Shown here: positions 1-10,759 of the stretch, piece by piece
Layout: the number at the start of each line of letters is the position of its first letter
Numbering within the stretch: position 1 is the first letter of the stretch
Assembly: GCF_003704095.1 (NCBI RefSeq)
Contig: NW_020844184.1
Location: forward strand, 1-64,000
Source: Pocillopora damicornis
Lineage: Eukaryota
Length of the DNA: 64,000 bases
Direction: 5' to 3'
Position numbers and translations under genes: made by a program
The notes under the pieces: model-generated
The model's input: the letters and a program-made list of their open reading frames with translations, nothing else
Told to the model about the DNA's origin: nothing
Databases searched by the model: none

Positions 1-330
1 AAAGACCCTTCATTAAGAAAGAATGCCCAATTTGATTGGTTTACAAAACACATTTAAGGGTCGTCTCAGCCAAGATATGTTAATTACGATAGACAAATGT
101 TTTCAAAAGAAGACACCCACCACTACAGATAATTCATTTCAAGTAAAGAACACGCATCGTAATTAAAGGGGTACAAATATGCTTTGATACCTAAAGTAAG
201 ATGTAAAAAACATGCTCTAAGGTCTCTTCGTTACTTCGCCGCTGTAAGGACTTGGAATTCGCTACCGGAGACGATACGCGCTATAGCCGGCACAAGAGAA
301 ATTTAAAACTGGATTCCAGACACGCAATTT
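1..330 (+). mobile_element. 3' remnant of an L2/CR1-type LINE
   Basis: Manual translation of ~190-290 gives PKVRCKKHALRSLRYFAAVRTWNSLPETIR, which matches the RSF...WNSLP C-terminal motif of CR1/L2 ORF2. Confidence 0.6.
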
Positions 331-418
331 ACATGTAAATTATGAGGTAATCATATTACTTATTAGAGTTTTATATCTTTATTCGTGGAATAAACCCTTC
401 CCCCGAGGGGGCAATGAA

Positions 419-959
419 TTATCGGCCAAGTATCAGTGAAGTATCGGTCAAGTGTCGGTCAAGTATTGGTGAAGTACCGGTGAAGTATCGGTCATGTCTC
501 GGTCAAGTATCGGTCGTGAATCGGTCAAGTATCGGTCAAGTGTCGGTCAAGTATCGGTCAAGTATCGGTCAAGTGTCGGTCATGTATCGGTCATGTATCG
601 GTCATGTATCGGTCAAGTATCGGTCGTGAATCGGTCAAGTATCGGTCATGTATCGGTCAAGTATCGGTCATGTATCGGTCAAGTATCGGTCAAGTATCGG
701 TCATGTATCGGTCAAGTATCGGTCATGTATCGGTCAAGTATCGGTCATGTATCGGTCGAGTATCGATGGTTTAAGACTATATCGGTCGACTGTCGGCCGA
801 TACATCGGACGACTATCGACCGATAGTCGGTCGACAGTCGCCCGATAGTCGGTCGATTGTCGACCGATCGTCGACCGATAGTCGACCGATAGTCGACCGA
901 TATATCAGGCGACAGTCGACCGATATGTCGACCGAGTCCACCTATAGTACACATGATCC
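419..959. repeat. 11-bp tandem array (TATCGGTCAAG/TATCGGTCATG) followed by an inverted 11-bp array (GTCGACCGATA)
   Basis: About 30 units are directly visible at 419-770. The array at ~810-935 is the reverse complement of a related unit (TATCGGTCGAC). Confidence 0.9.
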
Positions 960-1119
960 GGGATTACTTCTAAGAGTTGTTTCATAACGAAAACCATTTT
1001 TCAAGTAGCTCAGAGCTGAGGGTGTAAAAACGACCCCATGCTTTAGGCCTCTCATAAACAAACAAATTTTAAAGCACATTATAAAATGGCTTAAAGAGAT
1101 ATTATGTATGTACAGTATA

Positions 1120-1912
1120 ATGACTTTCATTGAAACGGTATATAATAATAATGATCTTAACATTGAATTAATTGCATATGTAGATGATAAACAGAATATA
1201 TGGTTTAAGGGTAAATAAGTGACTAAGATATTAGGTTATGTAGACACAGGTCAAGCTATCATAAAACATGTGGATCATGGGGACCGGAGAGTAAAACCCC
1301 TGAAAACAACGGGAAATGGCAGGAGACCTTTTTTTTAAATGAAAGTGGTTTTTACTCCCTTCTATTATCAAGTAAATTAGAATCAGCTAAGGAGTTCCAA
1401 CATAAGGTTACTAAGTAAAGTACTTCCATCTATCAAAAAGTATGGTCATTATAAGTTATTTGATAATTAAATAAGATGTTAAAAGTGGAAACAGAGACTA
1501 ATCTCCATTACAAGGTGGTTCAATATATCAGAAAGTATGATGCAAATGCCATACTAATGGCAGAATTGGGTGAAAATCCAAATACCGTGTATAAGAGGAT
1601 AGACTCTTGGAGAAAAGGATATCAAAAAGGTGCACCAGATTTGATAATAGCAAATAATCACCAGCCCTTTGTGTGGAGTTCAAATCACCAAGTAATGATT
1701 ATACAATATCAGTTGGGCAAATGAAGATGAAAATAGAGTATGAAGAAAATCAGTATAAACTCATTATTGAAAATGATTATGATGAGATCATCAGAGAAGT
1801 CATTGATCATATGTAGGGTGTGAAAATCAGATGTAGACATTGTATTATTAATTTGATATCAAAGGAGTCTCTGATGGTGCGTTTGATGGAGTTCCATAAA
1901 ATTATCACCTGA
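1120..1912 (+). pseudogene. Viral Bro-N domain + VRR-NUC-like (PD-(D/E)XK) nuclease, disrupted
   Basis: ATG at 1120: MTFIETVY...IWFKGK*VTKILGYVDTGQAIIKHVD...FLNESGFYSLLLSSKLESAKEFQHKVT..VLPSIKKYGHY is a classic Bro-N pattern. It continues into ORF 1476-1724 (...SWRKGYQKGAPDLIIANNH, GxPDL nuclease motif). In-frame TAA at 1216 and several frameshifts. Confidence 0.8.
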
Positions 1913-2039
1913 AAATATATAACTATACACAGTTTTTATCCATGAAACCACCATGTAAAGGGACATTTCAATAATATATTTTTGACTTTAAGAAAACACA
2001 TTTTCTATTATTTTTATTACAGAAGATGAACGTTGATGA

Positions 2040-5000
2040 AATGATATTGTCTGGAGCTGGGAAAAAATATGCCATATGCAAACCTGTTTGAAAGAAGAAT
2101 AAACAACATTATGGGTAAGAGAAAGAAAGCATCTATTCTTGTTGATGTACAGACAGCAACAATGTTTGATAACACAGAAAAGGATGGTTTATAAACAGGA
2201 TGATTATGATATGCTAAACAAAAAGACTATAGAGAGTAAAATCGTTGATACAGGTATCAGACAGAAGACATGGTCCTTTCGCAGATGAATTACCAAATCC
2301 TATTGAGGATAATATGTACAAGTTTCTTATGTACGCTTTTTTGAAGAACAAATTTACTATGCTTTTAGGAGATTATATTGATAGTTAGGTGGTATTGTCA
2401 TTTCAGAAGATAAGAAACAGTTTGCTAAGCATAGTATGGGTGCATTGAGGTTGGAGAGTTATTCATTGAGAGATCAGAAGAAGATTAAATCACATGGTGA
2501 TAATACTCTTGTTTTTTATTATGTTTGGAATCAAGTAAAAGGTTAGAGAGGTTTTAAGAGTTACAATTATAACAAACAAAAATATGAAATATGTAGTTAT
2601 GTGTTAAATGCATCAAGAGTAACCACTGAAGGGCTTGTTTATTGGGTCAGAGAATGCCATGGTCATGTATCTCTTCATGCATTTGATAGTACTTACAAGA
2701 AGCTCCTTACATTTACCAATGCCAGAATTAGCATCTCTCTGGTATATATTGTGAAGGGTCATCATTGTTTCCCTATTAGTGATTACAATTTGAAGATTGC
2801 TGCAACAAAGGCCAATCAGGGGGGTTCTAGTGATCTATTAGAGCATATGTCTGATAATTTGATAAATTACATAAGAAGAATAAATTTGCTGTATTGCCAA
2901 AGAAGTAAGAATGGCTGATGCTGTTATTGAGTAAGTCAAGAAATCATACTATTATTTGGAGTATTTACATTGCAACAATAATAACTATTTGGATGGGTTA
3001 ATGAGTTCCCAGAAGCTGAGGCCAAGAAGATAGCGAATAGTTTTATCAGTGATCTTGGGAGGAGGTATAACGAGATCAACCATGGTTTTATATGTACTGA
3101 ATATGATAGCGGAATGTGTTGTTGGACATCTGCCATGAATGTTAAGAGAAACCTTACCACTGATCACTGTAATAGCTTATACATAATAAGAGAGCAGAAG
3201 GTAGAGAAATCATTTGATAACAACACCAGTATAAACCGTTTTGTGGTATCAGAAGCAAACTGAAATGTTTGCAGCTCATTGATTGTTGCTATGGCTAGGA
3301 CAGCGTGTTGTATGGTTACAATACCGATGGTATTTATATCATGAAAAGTGAGAAGAGATTCAAGAATAAGATGCCCTTTAAATTTAGCACAAAGCAGATT
3401 GGCAATGCTTATGAGACCAATTTCAAGCCGACATACTTTTGAGATGCATTACAGAGAAAATATGTACTTTGATGACTATGAAGTAAGATTGAGAAAAGGA
3501 TATNNNNNNNNNNNNNNNNNNNNNNNNNNNNNNNNNNNNNNNNNNNNNNNNNNNNNNNNNNNNNNNNNNNNNNNNNNNNNNNNNNNNNNNNNNNNNNNNN
3601 NNNGAACACGGCATAAAGTGGGGGCGAACTCGATAGGGGGCGAACGCGGTGCAATTCAGTAGAGAATGTTAGAAATAGATTGATATTCTTTGGTTATGAC
3701 AAAGAACAATTAAATAGTATGTGTTTTACATTTGATAGTTACTTCTGTGAATGGTTGGATAAAGACTGTACATAGAAAAACCTTTAGAGAAAAGGTATAT
3801 TCATTGAAGAATTTAGTATGGTACCAAACAAATGGATGACCAAGATTTACAAAGCCTTTACTATGTTCAACAATAAGGTATACTTATTTGGAGATTACAA
3901 TCAATGTGAACCCGTTGAAACTGGTAGTCAAGTGCATTACAATTATCAGTATTCTATTACCATCAATCACATGTGCAGCAAAACAAAGACACCACGATAC
4001 ATTGAAAGTACTAGTAGGTATGATACAGAGACCAATGATTTGTTAAAAGTATTCTTCGATACTGGTAGAATATCTACTTACTTTGAACCGGCGGGTAACT
4101 TCAATAAAAATATCTGTTTAGTGAATTCTGCCAGAATAAGGGTTAATACCAAATGTTATAATTAACCGATTCGTGGACAACAAGAAATATGCAACCACCG
4201 AATTCAAGTATTATGGTTAGACTGAGAAATATAAGGTATGTGTTGGTTCTCCAATCATTGCAACAAAAAATATTAAAGACTAGAAGATATTCAATACCAT
4301 AGAATTTATTATTAAAGACATATAATTTAATGATGAAAGGTTTGATCAAACTCTAGTTTTCAGCAAAGAGGAAAAGGTTAATGGTGCTTCTTTCATCAAT
4401 AAAGAAGTAAAGGTAAATAATGAATGGTTTACCATGGAGAGTTAGCAGAATACTTCATCCGAAGTTTCTGTGAAACAGTGTACAAGTATCAGGGTGCAGA
4501 TATTGATGAGAACTATAATATCTACGATGTTCATCGTATGCATAAAAAAAAACAATTAAGAAGTTTGAGTACATTCATATGAACTTTAAAGAGGTCAAAA
4601 ATAGGTATTTCATTAGAGTGCAGCCCAGGTTGGAGCTATTAAAAAGTAAGTTTAGTAGTATGTTTAAAAATACTAAGATCTACATTATTATGTTCGATGA
4701 TGGAAGAGTATATCTGGGTTTAACTTTTGTAGAACTTAAGATGAGGTTAAAGTGGCATCTATCCAACAAGAAGAGCCAAGTGTATAACGACAAGTGTACT
4801 AGTCGTTTCAGATCCATTTTCTGATAAGAAATCACTTGAGAATGTAGAGAGTTTTTATAACAATGAGTATGTTACTAAATACAAGAATAAACTGATAAAC
4901 GTAAGATCCAATCCATTAAAGAAGAGAGAGAAGATGCAGTATAATGTTACAGTAGAGAATAACCAGCAATTAATAGGGAGAGAGAGTAGGATTACTGGAC

Positions 5001-5181
5001 AAAAGAGTTGTAATCAAGGACAACAGCGATAAATCATTTCTGTCTATTGATACAAAGATGGGTGGTAAGAGATATTACAAGAAAACCAGATCCACAGAAA
5101 ACACTAGAAAAGGAGGCAGTAGCCAATATAACAAAGGAGAAACAAAAGATTATTGAAGACCTGACTATTAATTTTGATTGA
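2040..5181 (+). pseudogene. Divergent family-B DNA polymerase - SF1 (PIF1/RecD-like) helicase - GIY-YIG gene of a Polinton-like virus, disrupted
   Basis: PolB motif B-like KKIANSFISDLG (3024-3059) and motif C-like YGYNTDGIYI (3311-3340). Helicase Walker B-like IFIEEFSMV (~3797-3823), motif III LFGDYNQCEPV (~3883-3915) and motif V-like FCETVYKYQGADI (~4466-4504). GIY-YIG-like KIYIIMFDDGRVYLGLT..ELKMRLKWH in ORF 4579-4824. Many stops and frameshifts. Walker A would fall in or near the N gap. The start is approximate. Confidence 0.7.
3604..3657. mobile_element. Terminus of a small DNA-transposon-type repeat inserted in the viral gene
   Basis: GGGGGCGAACTCGATAGGGGGCGAA next to the gap. The same motif recurs at ~33576-33601. 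Confidence 0.5.
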
Positions 5182-5267
5182 ATATCATCTTATATCATAT
5201 TATTATAATTATTTATGTATGTAAGGTATACATCATATACTATTTTTTAATAATCATACTTCTTAAC

Positions 5268-5706
5268 CAACCCTCCTGTATGGCTCAGAATGTTGGCGCT
5301 TAACGGAGAAGGATCTATCAAAACTCTCCACTTTTCACACCAAAAGCCTTCGGCGTATTTTACGCATCTTTTGGCCTAATGTCATTTCCAACAAAGATCT
5401 TTTTGAACGGTTTGGAACCGAATCAATGGCTACCATCCTGATGAGGAGACGCTGGAGGTGGATTGGCCATGTCACCCGCCAAGAAGCTTCCATTGCAAAA
5501 ACTGCTATGCATTGGACGCCAGAAGGGAAACGCAAGCGGGGTCGCCCCAAGATCACATGGCGACGGACAGTTGAGAAGGAAATAAAGGAGATGGGGAAGA
5601 CCTGGGAGGGAATCAAGTTCATGGCAAGGGATCGCCAGATGTGGAGGGAACACGTTGCTGCCCTACATGCCTGTTAGGCGTAAAGGGCATGAAGAAGAAG
5701 AAGAAG
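5268..5706 (+). mobile_element. 5'-truncated RTE-clade LINE with (GAA)n tail and target-site duplication
   Basis: TLLYGSECWRLTEKD...RRRWRWIGHVTR...WTPEGKRKRGRPKITWRR. GAA tail at ~5691-5706. Flanked by ATACTTCTTAAC (5256-5267) and ATACTTCCTAAC (5707-5718). Confidence 0.9.
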
Positions 5707-6079
5707 ATACTTCCTAACTATTTATAACAACCAATACTCTTTACTATTTTATAAAACTGTTTCTGTACCCATTTACATAACTATGCTTTTATGGCTATAT
5801 TTTAATACCTATTCTTTACTAATATATTATAATATCCTAATATTGTCATATAATAATAATACATTAGAAAATAAGCTATCAGAGAAAAAATTTCTAACTT
5901 TTCTAGATGAATACCGTAAAATAAAAAGTAAGAAGAGGTACTACATGCACTGTGGAATGACAAAAAATGGCTGTATTGCCTTTCCATAATGTAGCGTGAG
6001 ATTTTGGCATGAAAGTGCATGTAGTCTAGCCGCTTGTTTGTCTTCTTTTAACTAGTTTATGTACTTTATGGGAACAAGT

Positions 6080-7045
6080 GAGGTCTGGGCTAATGTCTGC
6101 GTACAAAGGAAGGTGATGCGCTTCTCAAGCCTCTCCCTTCCAGGTAAAGTGGTAGCCACATGTTTATCTGCTATGCAGTAGAGAATTCCATGAGCTCTAC
6201 CTGGGTCTCTAAACATGCATTCAATATCCAGCAGCTTTGGTTAAGCTACGGAATAGATGACACACTCCCTGGTGGGAGATCTTCGAGAAAAGAGACAGCT
6301 AAGGAGTAAACCCAAATAGAGATCGAATGCTGGAGCCTCTGAGGCAGTTTGGTGGCAAACTTTGTCATAGTCTAAAAGTTCCTGCGATGTAATTGGTGCT
6401 AAGCACTATCAGCCTTTTTTTGTTCACTTGGGTTCACCAGTTGCGTGGTGTTGAATGGCCAACAAGTGATCCTCCTTATTACCCTACCCTGGCTTGCGCC
6501 GTAGAGGAGTCACTCCAACTTTGCTTCAAAGCGTGGAAAAAAATGGGAAGCAGCAGTCTACAAGTTATAGGCCATCGCTCGATTTGCATAGAGCTAGGCC
6601 TCAGGGATTGCTTCCGTCGATGGGAGGGATTTTCGCATCTCAGTAAACACGTACTTCCCACCTCAAGCTGCGCAGCTCCCAGCCGGTAAAATGCTGTTTC
6701 ACCATGGTTTGCCTTCCTGACCGACAAGCAGACCGCAACACCCACACCAGGCAGGAAAAAAAACAAAAACAAGCAACAAATAGAGAGCAGCTCTTAAACT
6801 GGGATGCTGGAATATCTGCACGGTGATAACAGGACTTGAAGAACTTCAGAACATCAGTGACGCAATAAGTCCGCAGTTATTTTTGACGAGCTACTAAGAC
6901 GCAGGCAGACATTACCATCTCTACAAGAAACGTGTCTAGCTGACCCAGGATCATTGAAGGAGAAAGACTGTACTTTCTACCCGCATGGTAAGAGTTTTAA
7001 GGATTGCAGAAAGTACGGAGTTGGGTTTGCTGTCAGGAACACCTT
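6080..7045 (+). mobile_element. 5' part of an RTE-clade LINE (UTR and N-terminus of the APE endonuclease), degraded
   Basis: ~6790-7045 reads LKLGCWNICTV...LQETCLAD.GSLKEKDCTFY..GKS...YGVGFAVRNTL. The 5' boundary is approximate. Confidence 0.7.
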
Positions 7046-7049
7046 GCCA

Positions 7050-7490
7050 GAGATCTCCATACTTCTCCAGTCAACCTTATTAGCGCCCAATTCATCTAGT
7101 TTGCGCATCTTGCCCAGTCTAACCATTTTAGTTAATTTTATTAGTCTAGCCAGTTAACCCAATTGAACCAGTTGTTATAGTTTGTATACTTAAACCGTTT
7201 CAGCTAATTTGACCGTTTTGATCACCTAAATCAATTGATGTAGTCTGTGCATTTTGTTCAGTTGAAGCTTTTTTGTGAAGTTAACCATTTTGTCCAGTTG
7301 CACCAATTCGTCTAGTTTCTGCACTTTTTCCAGTTCATCGTTTTCACTCAATTAAATCATTTTAACTAGTCAAAGCAAAGACGCTTGCTTGTGCATTTGT
7401 CCAATTAAAGCGTCTTAGCCAATTTGGCAGTGTTAAGCTGTTGCACCTATTCAGCTACTTTGTGCATTTTGTACAATTTAACTATTTAGC
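7050..7490. repeat. Degenerate 72-bp (4x18-bp) satellite, segment 1
   Basis: Recurring GTGCATTTTGTCCAGTT / AACCGTTTCAGCTAATTT / GACCATTTTAAC subunits, shared with 19160-19390 and 22490-23320. Confidence 0.7.
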
Positions 7491-7886
7491 CCGTAACTTG
7501 AGAGGTTACCTAAGCGAATGAACGGACAATTCGAACGCGCACAGTGAGTGACGAAATTTGCTTGATGAGGAGTAGTGGTTGAGTTTGCGTGCGTGTGGTT
7601 CGAACTAAAAGAAAATACAACAGGAACTAATCTAGAAAAAATGCGTTGCGAAATGTAACATTAACCTGCTGACTAAAATTGAACCGATCGTACGGAAAAC
7701 TGATTACGTGAACTATACCAATAATACATATAAAAGGTAAACAACATAAATGTAAAAGAAATAAAAACTTACTTTGGTCAAGCTCCTAAAGGTAGTAAAT
7801 AGCCTGTAGTGAACGATAACAAATAGCTTGTAGCGATTATCTAACAGCGACGATTAGCAGTGATGATTTAGCAGCGATAACTAGTA

Positions 7887-9195
7887 GTGACGATTGAAAT
7901 AGAATCTTTACACGTCAAATTTACGCATAAACCTATTAGTATGGCGCAAACACGTGCATGTCACGGCTCCGTTGAAACGCTTTTACTTCTCCTCTTACAA
8001 TTGCTTTGCTGTCTTGGAAGGGAATATAATGACCTTAATGTATTATCGAATTCAGAAACCGAGCAAATGAGACCAGTGTGTATGTTTCTGATATCATTCA
8101 TTGCTGCAAATCGCCGCCATCTTGTAAATAAGTGTCATACGAGGTACACCAAGTCTAGATTTCACTACTAGAGCAACAGCACCGCAAGCGTCAACTTTGA
8201 ACTGCTTCGTCTAAGTGGAGACATTAGCCCTAATCCAGGACCGGAAAGTTGCACCGTTTGTATAAAAGTGGTAGCTAAAAATCACGGGGCTGTGTGTTGC
8301 AACGAATTAAACGAATTCATATCAAGTGCGGTGGAATCTCACCAAAAGAGTTAAAGCGGTTACAGGCTTCTGAAACCGCCAGTTGGATATGTCCTCCCTG
8401 CTTGGACGAGATAAAACAACTACCTTTTGCTGACGTTAGTGAAATTGATACCAGCTACAGTTCTTGCAGTGACACCGACCAGACTCTGAATGAGAACGAA
8501 GACCACAACAACACTTGGACGAGTTTTGACACTTTAGTTAAAACTCATCGGAGAAACGTAAAGATAGGTCATATCAATGCCAACAGCATAGGCGGCTTTA
8601 AATTCCATGAGATCAAAAACTGACTTATGCGCGGAAGGTTCGAAATTAAAACATATCCTGACAGCCAGTTTGCCATTCAGGGCTTTCGTATGTGCCGATT
8701 GGATAGAAACATTTATGGTGGGGGGCTTATGATATTCGTACGAAGTGATCTTTGTTTCACTGTGACAAAAGAGCTTGGAGATCAAAATGGTATTGACACG
8801 TCAAACTTCAGGACAGAACACATCATACTGAAAGTGAAGGTAGCAAAGTCCTGGCTCACTGTTATGGTGATTTACAGGCCGCCATCTATTCCAACATCTC
8901 CATTGAAATTCGAACTGAGCAGGTTATTTGAAGTTGTTACAACTTTTTAAAACGATGTCATGAGACTTCAATAATAATCTGTTGGATCATAATAATCTGT
9001 TGGATCATAAGAACGGTGGTCACTTAAGAGATTTACTAGAAGTATACGGTCTCAAAAATTTGATTAAATCACCCACTCGCATAGGCAAGACATCGTCAAC
9101 TTTACTCGACTTGATTTTAACAAATAACACAAGAAGAATATTTTCATCGGGCGTAGTGGGTGCTGATATCAGCGATCATTCTCTAATATATACTA
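7887..9195 (+). mobile_element. L2/CR1-type LINE 5' part: hydrophobic leader, 2A-like motif, PHD finger, APE endonuclease (disrupted)
   Basis: LLRLSGDISPNPGP (8202-8243). PHD-like CTVC...CC...HIKC...WICPPC. Endonuclease motifs IGHINANS, RLDRNIYGGGLMIFV, VIYRPPS, PTRIGKTSSTLLDLILTN and ISDHSLIY. Confidence 0.85.
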
Positions 9196-10289
9196 ATTCT
9201 AAAAACCACAGCTCCGCGATTGCGATCAATTTTTTTATTGATTCTTCATTTGATGAGTTTGTTTGTTGTGGAAATATGTTTGCTGAGCAAAAATTTAGTG
9301 AAAATGTTTGTGTGAATTTTGAGTTGGTTCATGGATATAATTATGATGAAGAGTACGTTGATTATTGGCAGAATTGGCGCAAATTTAGAAAGAAGTCTGT
9401 TTATGATAGAAAATATAATTTGTTAAATCATTTGTTAAGAACTGAAAAAGAAAATTTTATTCATTTGACGCTAAACCAAATGAATAAAATTTTAAATGTG
9501 TTTAAACTTTTAGATAAAACAAAGTTTAACAAAAAAAGATTGATTAATATGAGATTTTAGGAGGGTTGAACGAACGATTCAGAGATCGCGCTAGATTCGA
9601 ATTGAATTTCCGTTTTCTACTTGTACACAAGCGTTTCAAGGTCGAGATACCCTTCACTTGAATCTTTGGATACCAGCGGCGGGTTCTACGAAACATATTT
9701 TTCTTAAGGCCGTAATCTGTTTCTTTTTCTGTTAAAGCGCCAGAGTCTCACATAAGAAGATAAGTTATGACGCTGCGCGCTCACGAAGAGAGATGTTTTA
9801 ATTTTTTCAGAGAAACTGAAACTTTCTTTGATCCACTGTTTTTACATATATAGTATGAGCGTACTTTGCCGTTGAACGATGCTTCATGTCTCCACCGTAA
9901 AGTAAATTGCTTTCTTCAAACTTTTATGGTTTTATAATAATGAAAGAATTGTTTCATGTGATGTCTATTGATACGAACATTAAAATTAAAAATTCAAAAA
10001 GAACATTGAAAAAGTATGAGCAATATTGGAAAAATGTAATTGAAAGTAAAATAAATGAAATAGGGAAAATCATTTTTTAGTTGTGAATTCCTTTTTGTAT
10101 TTCTCATCGTACGCCAGTAGGAGAGTTAACACAATGAACCAAGGCACGTCCAGATAGTGAAAGGCTTTAATCGCAACAGGGAAACTAGACTCCGAACGAG
10201 TAACAAACAATATGGCCGACGCGACGAGGAGAAAAGCCATCAAAAGGGCATGCTCAACCCAGATACCGCTGACCGGTACTGGCGGTATC

Positions 10290-10737
10290 TGTGGGCTGGA
10301 AGAGACAAGTCTATTATTATTAAATCTCACTGATTTATTTCTGTTGGGAATTTGCTTTGGTCGTATTCTATGCCTCTCAAATATAATCTTACTTGGGTTA
10401 ATACTTTTGCATAAGATGTGAAAGCAAATCGAGACATTTCTACCTTTCTTTTAAAGTTTTTGGTTTCTGCATAGGCTTTTAAGACCATTCCTGATGTTGT
10501 TATTGATTCAAGTATAACAGGATTTGCTGTCAAACCACCCGCTAATATTCCTCCACAAAAAAGAGTGGCTGATCCAATGGTGCAGCAAAGATCAAGATAT
10601 TTGTAGTATCTAAATGTTTTTCTGTGCGTCTATTCTTGTTTGCGATAATGATGATACAGACTATCAAATTTTTCTTTTATTTGTGGATCTAATTTGGGAT
10701 CGATGTGATTGAAATTGAATAATGACTTCTTTTGCAT
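10290..10737 (-). pseudogene. Small viral membrane protein with a hydrophobic hairpin
   Basis: MQKKSLFNFNHIDPKL...KQE*THRKTFRYYKYLDLCCTIGSATLFCGGILAGGLTANPVILESITTSGMVLKAYAETKNFKRKVEMSRFAFTSYAKVL. In frame with ORF 10327-10533 across one stop. Confidence 0.55.
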
Positions 10738-10759
10738 GTATTGTTCATATTATTTTTTC

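Noticed and set aside
414-954. Repetitive ORFs (VKYRSSIGQVS...) or a CRISPR-like array
   Set aside because: They are translations of an 11-bp tandem repeat. There are no unique spacers and no cas genes.
3348-3662. ORFs spanning the N gaps (also 23426-23702)
   Set aside because: They are artefacts of translating through unknown bases.
8982-9560. 192-aa ORF as a real fusion protein
   Set aside because: It is a chance in-frame junction of the L2 endonuclease end (to ~9195) with the adjacent viral-block sequence.
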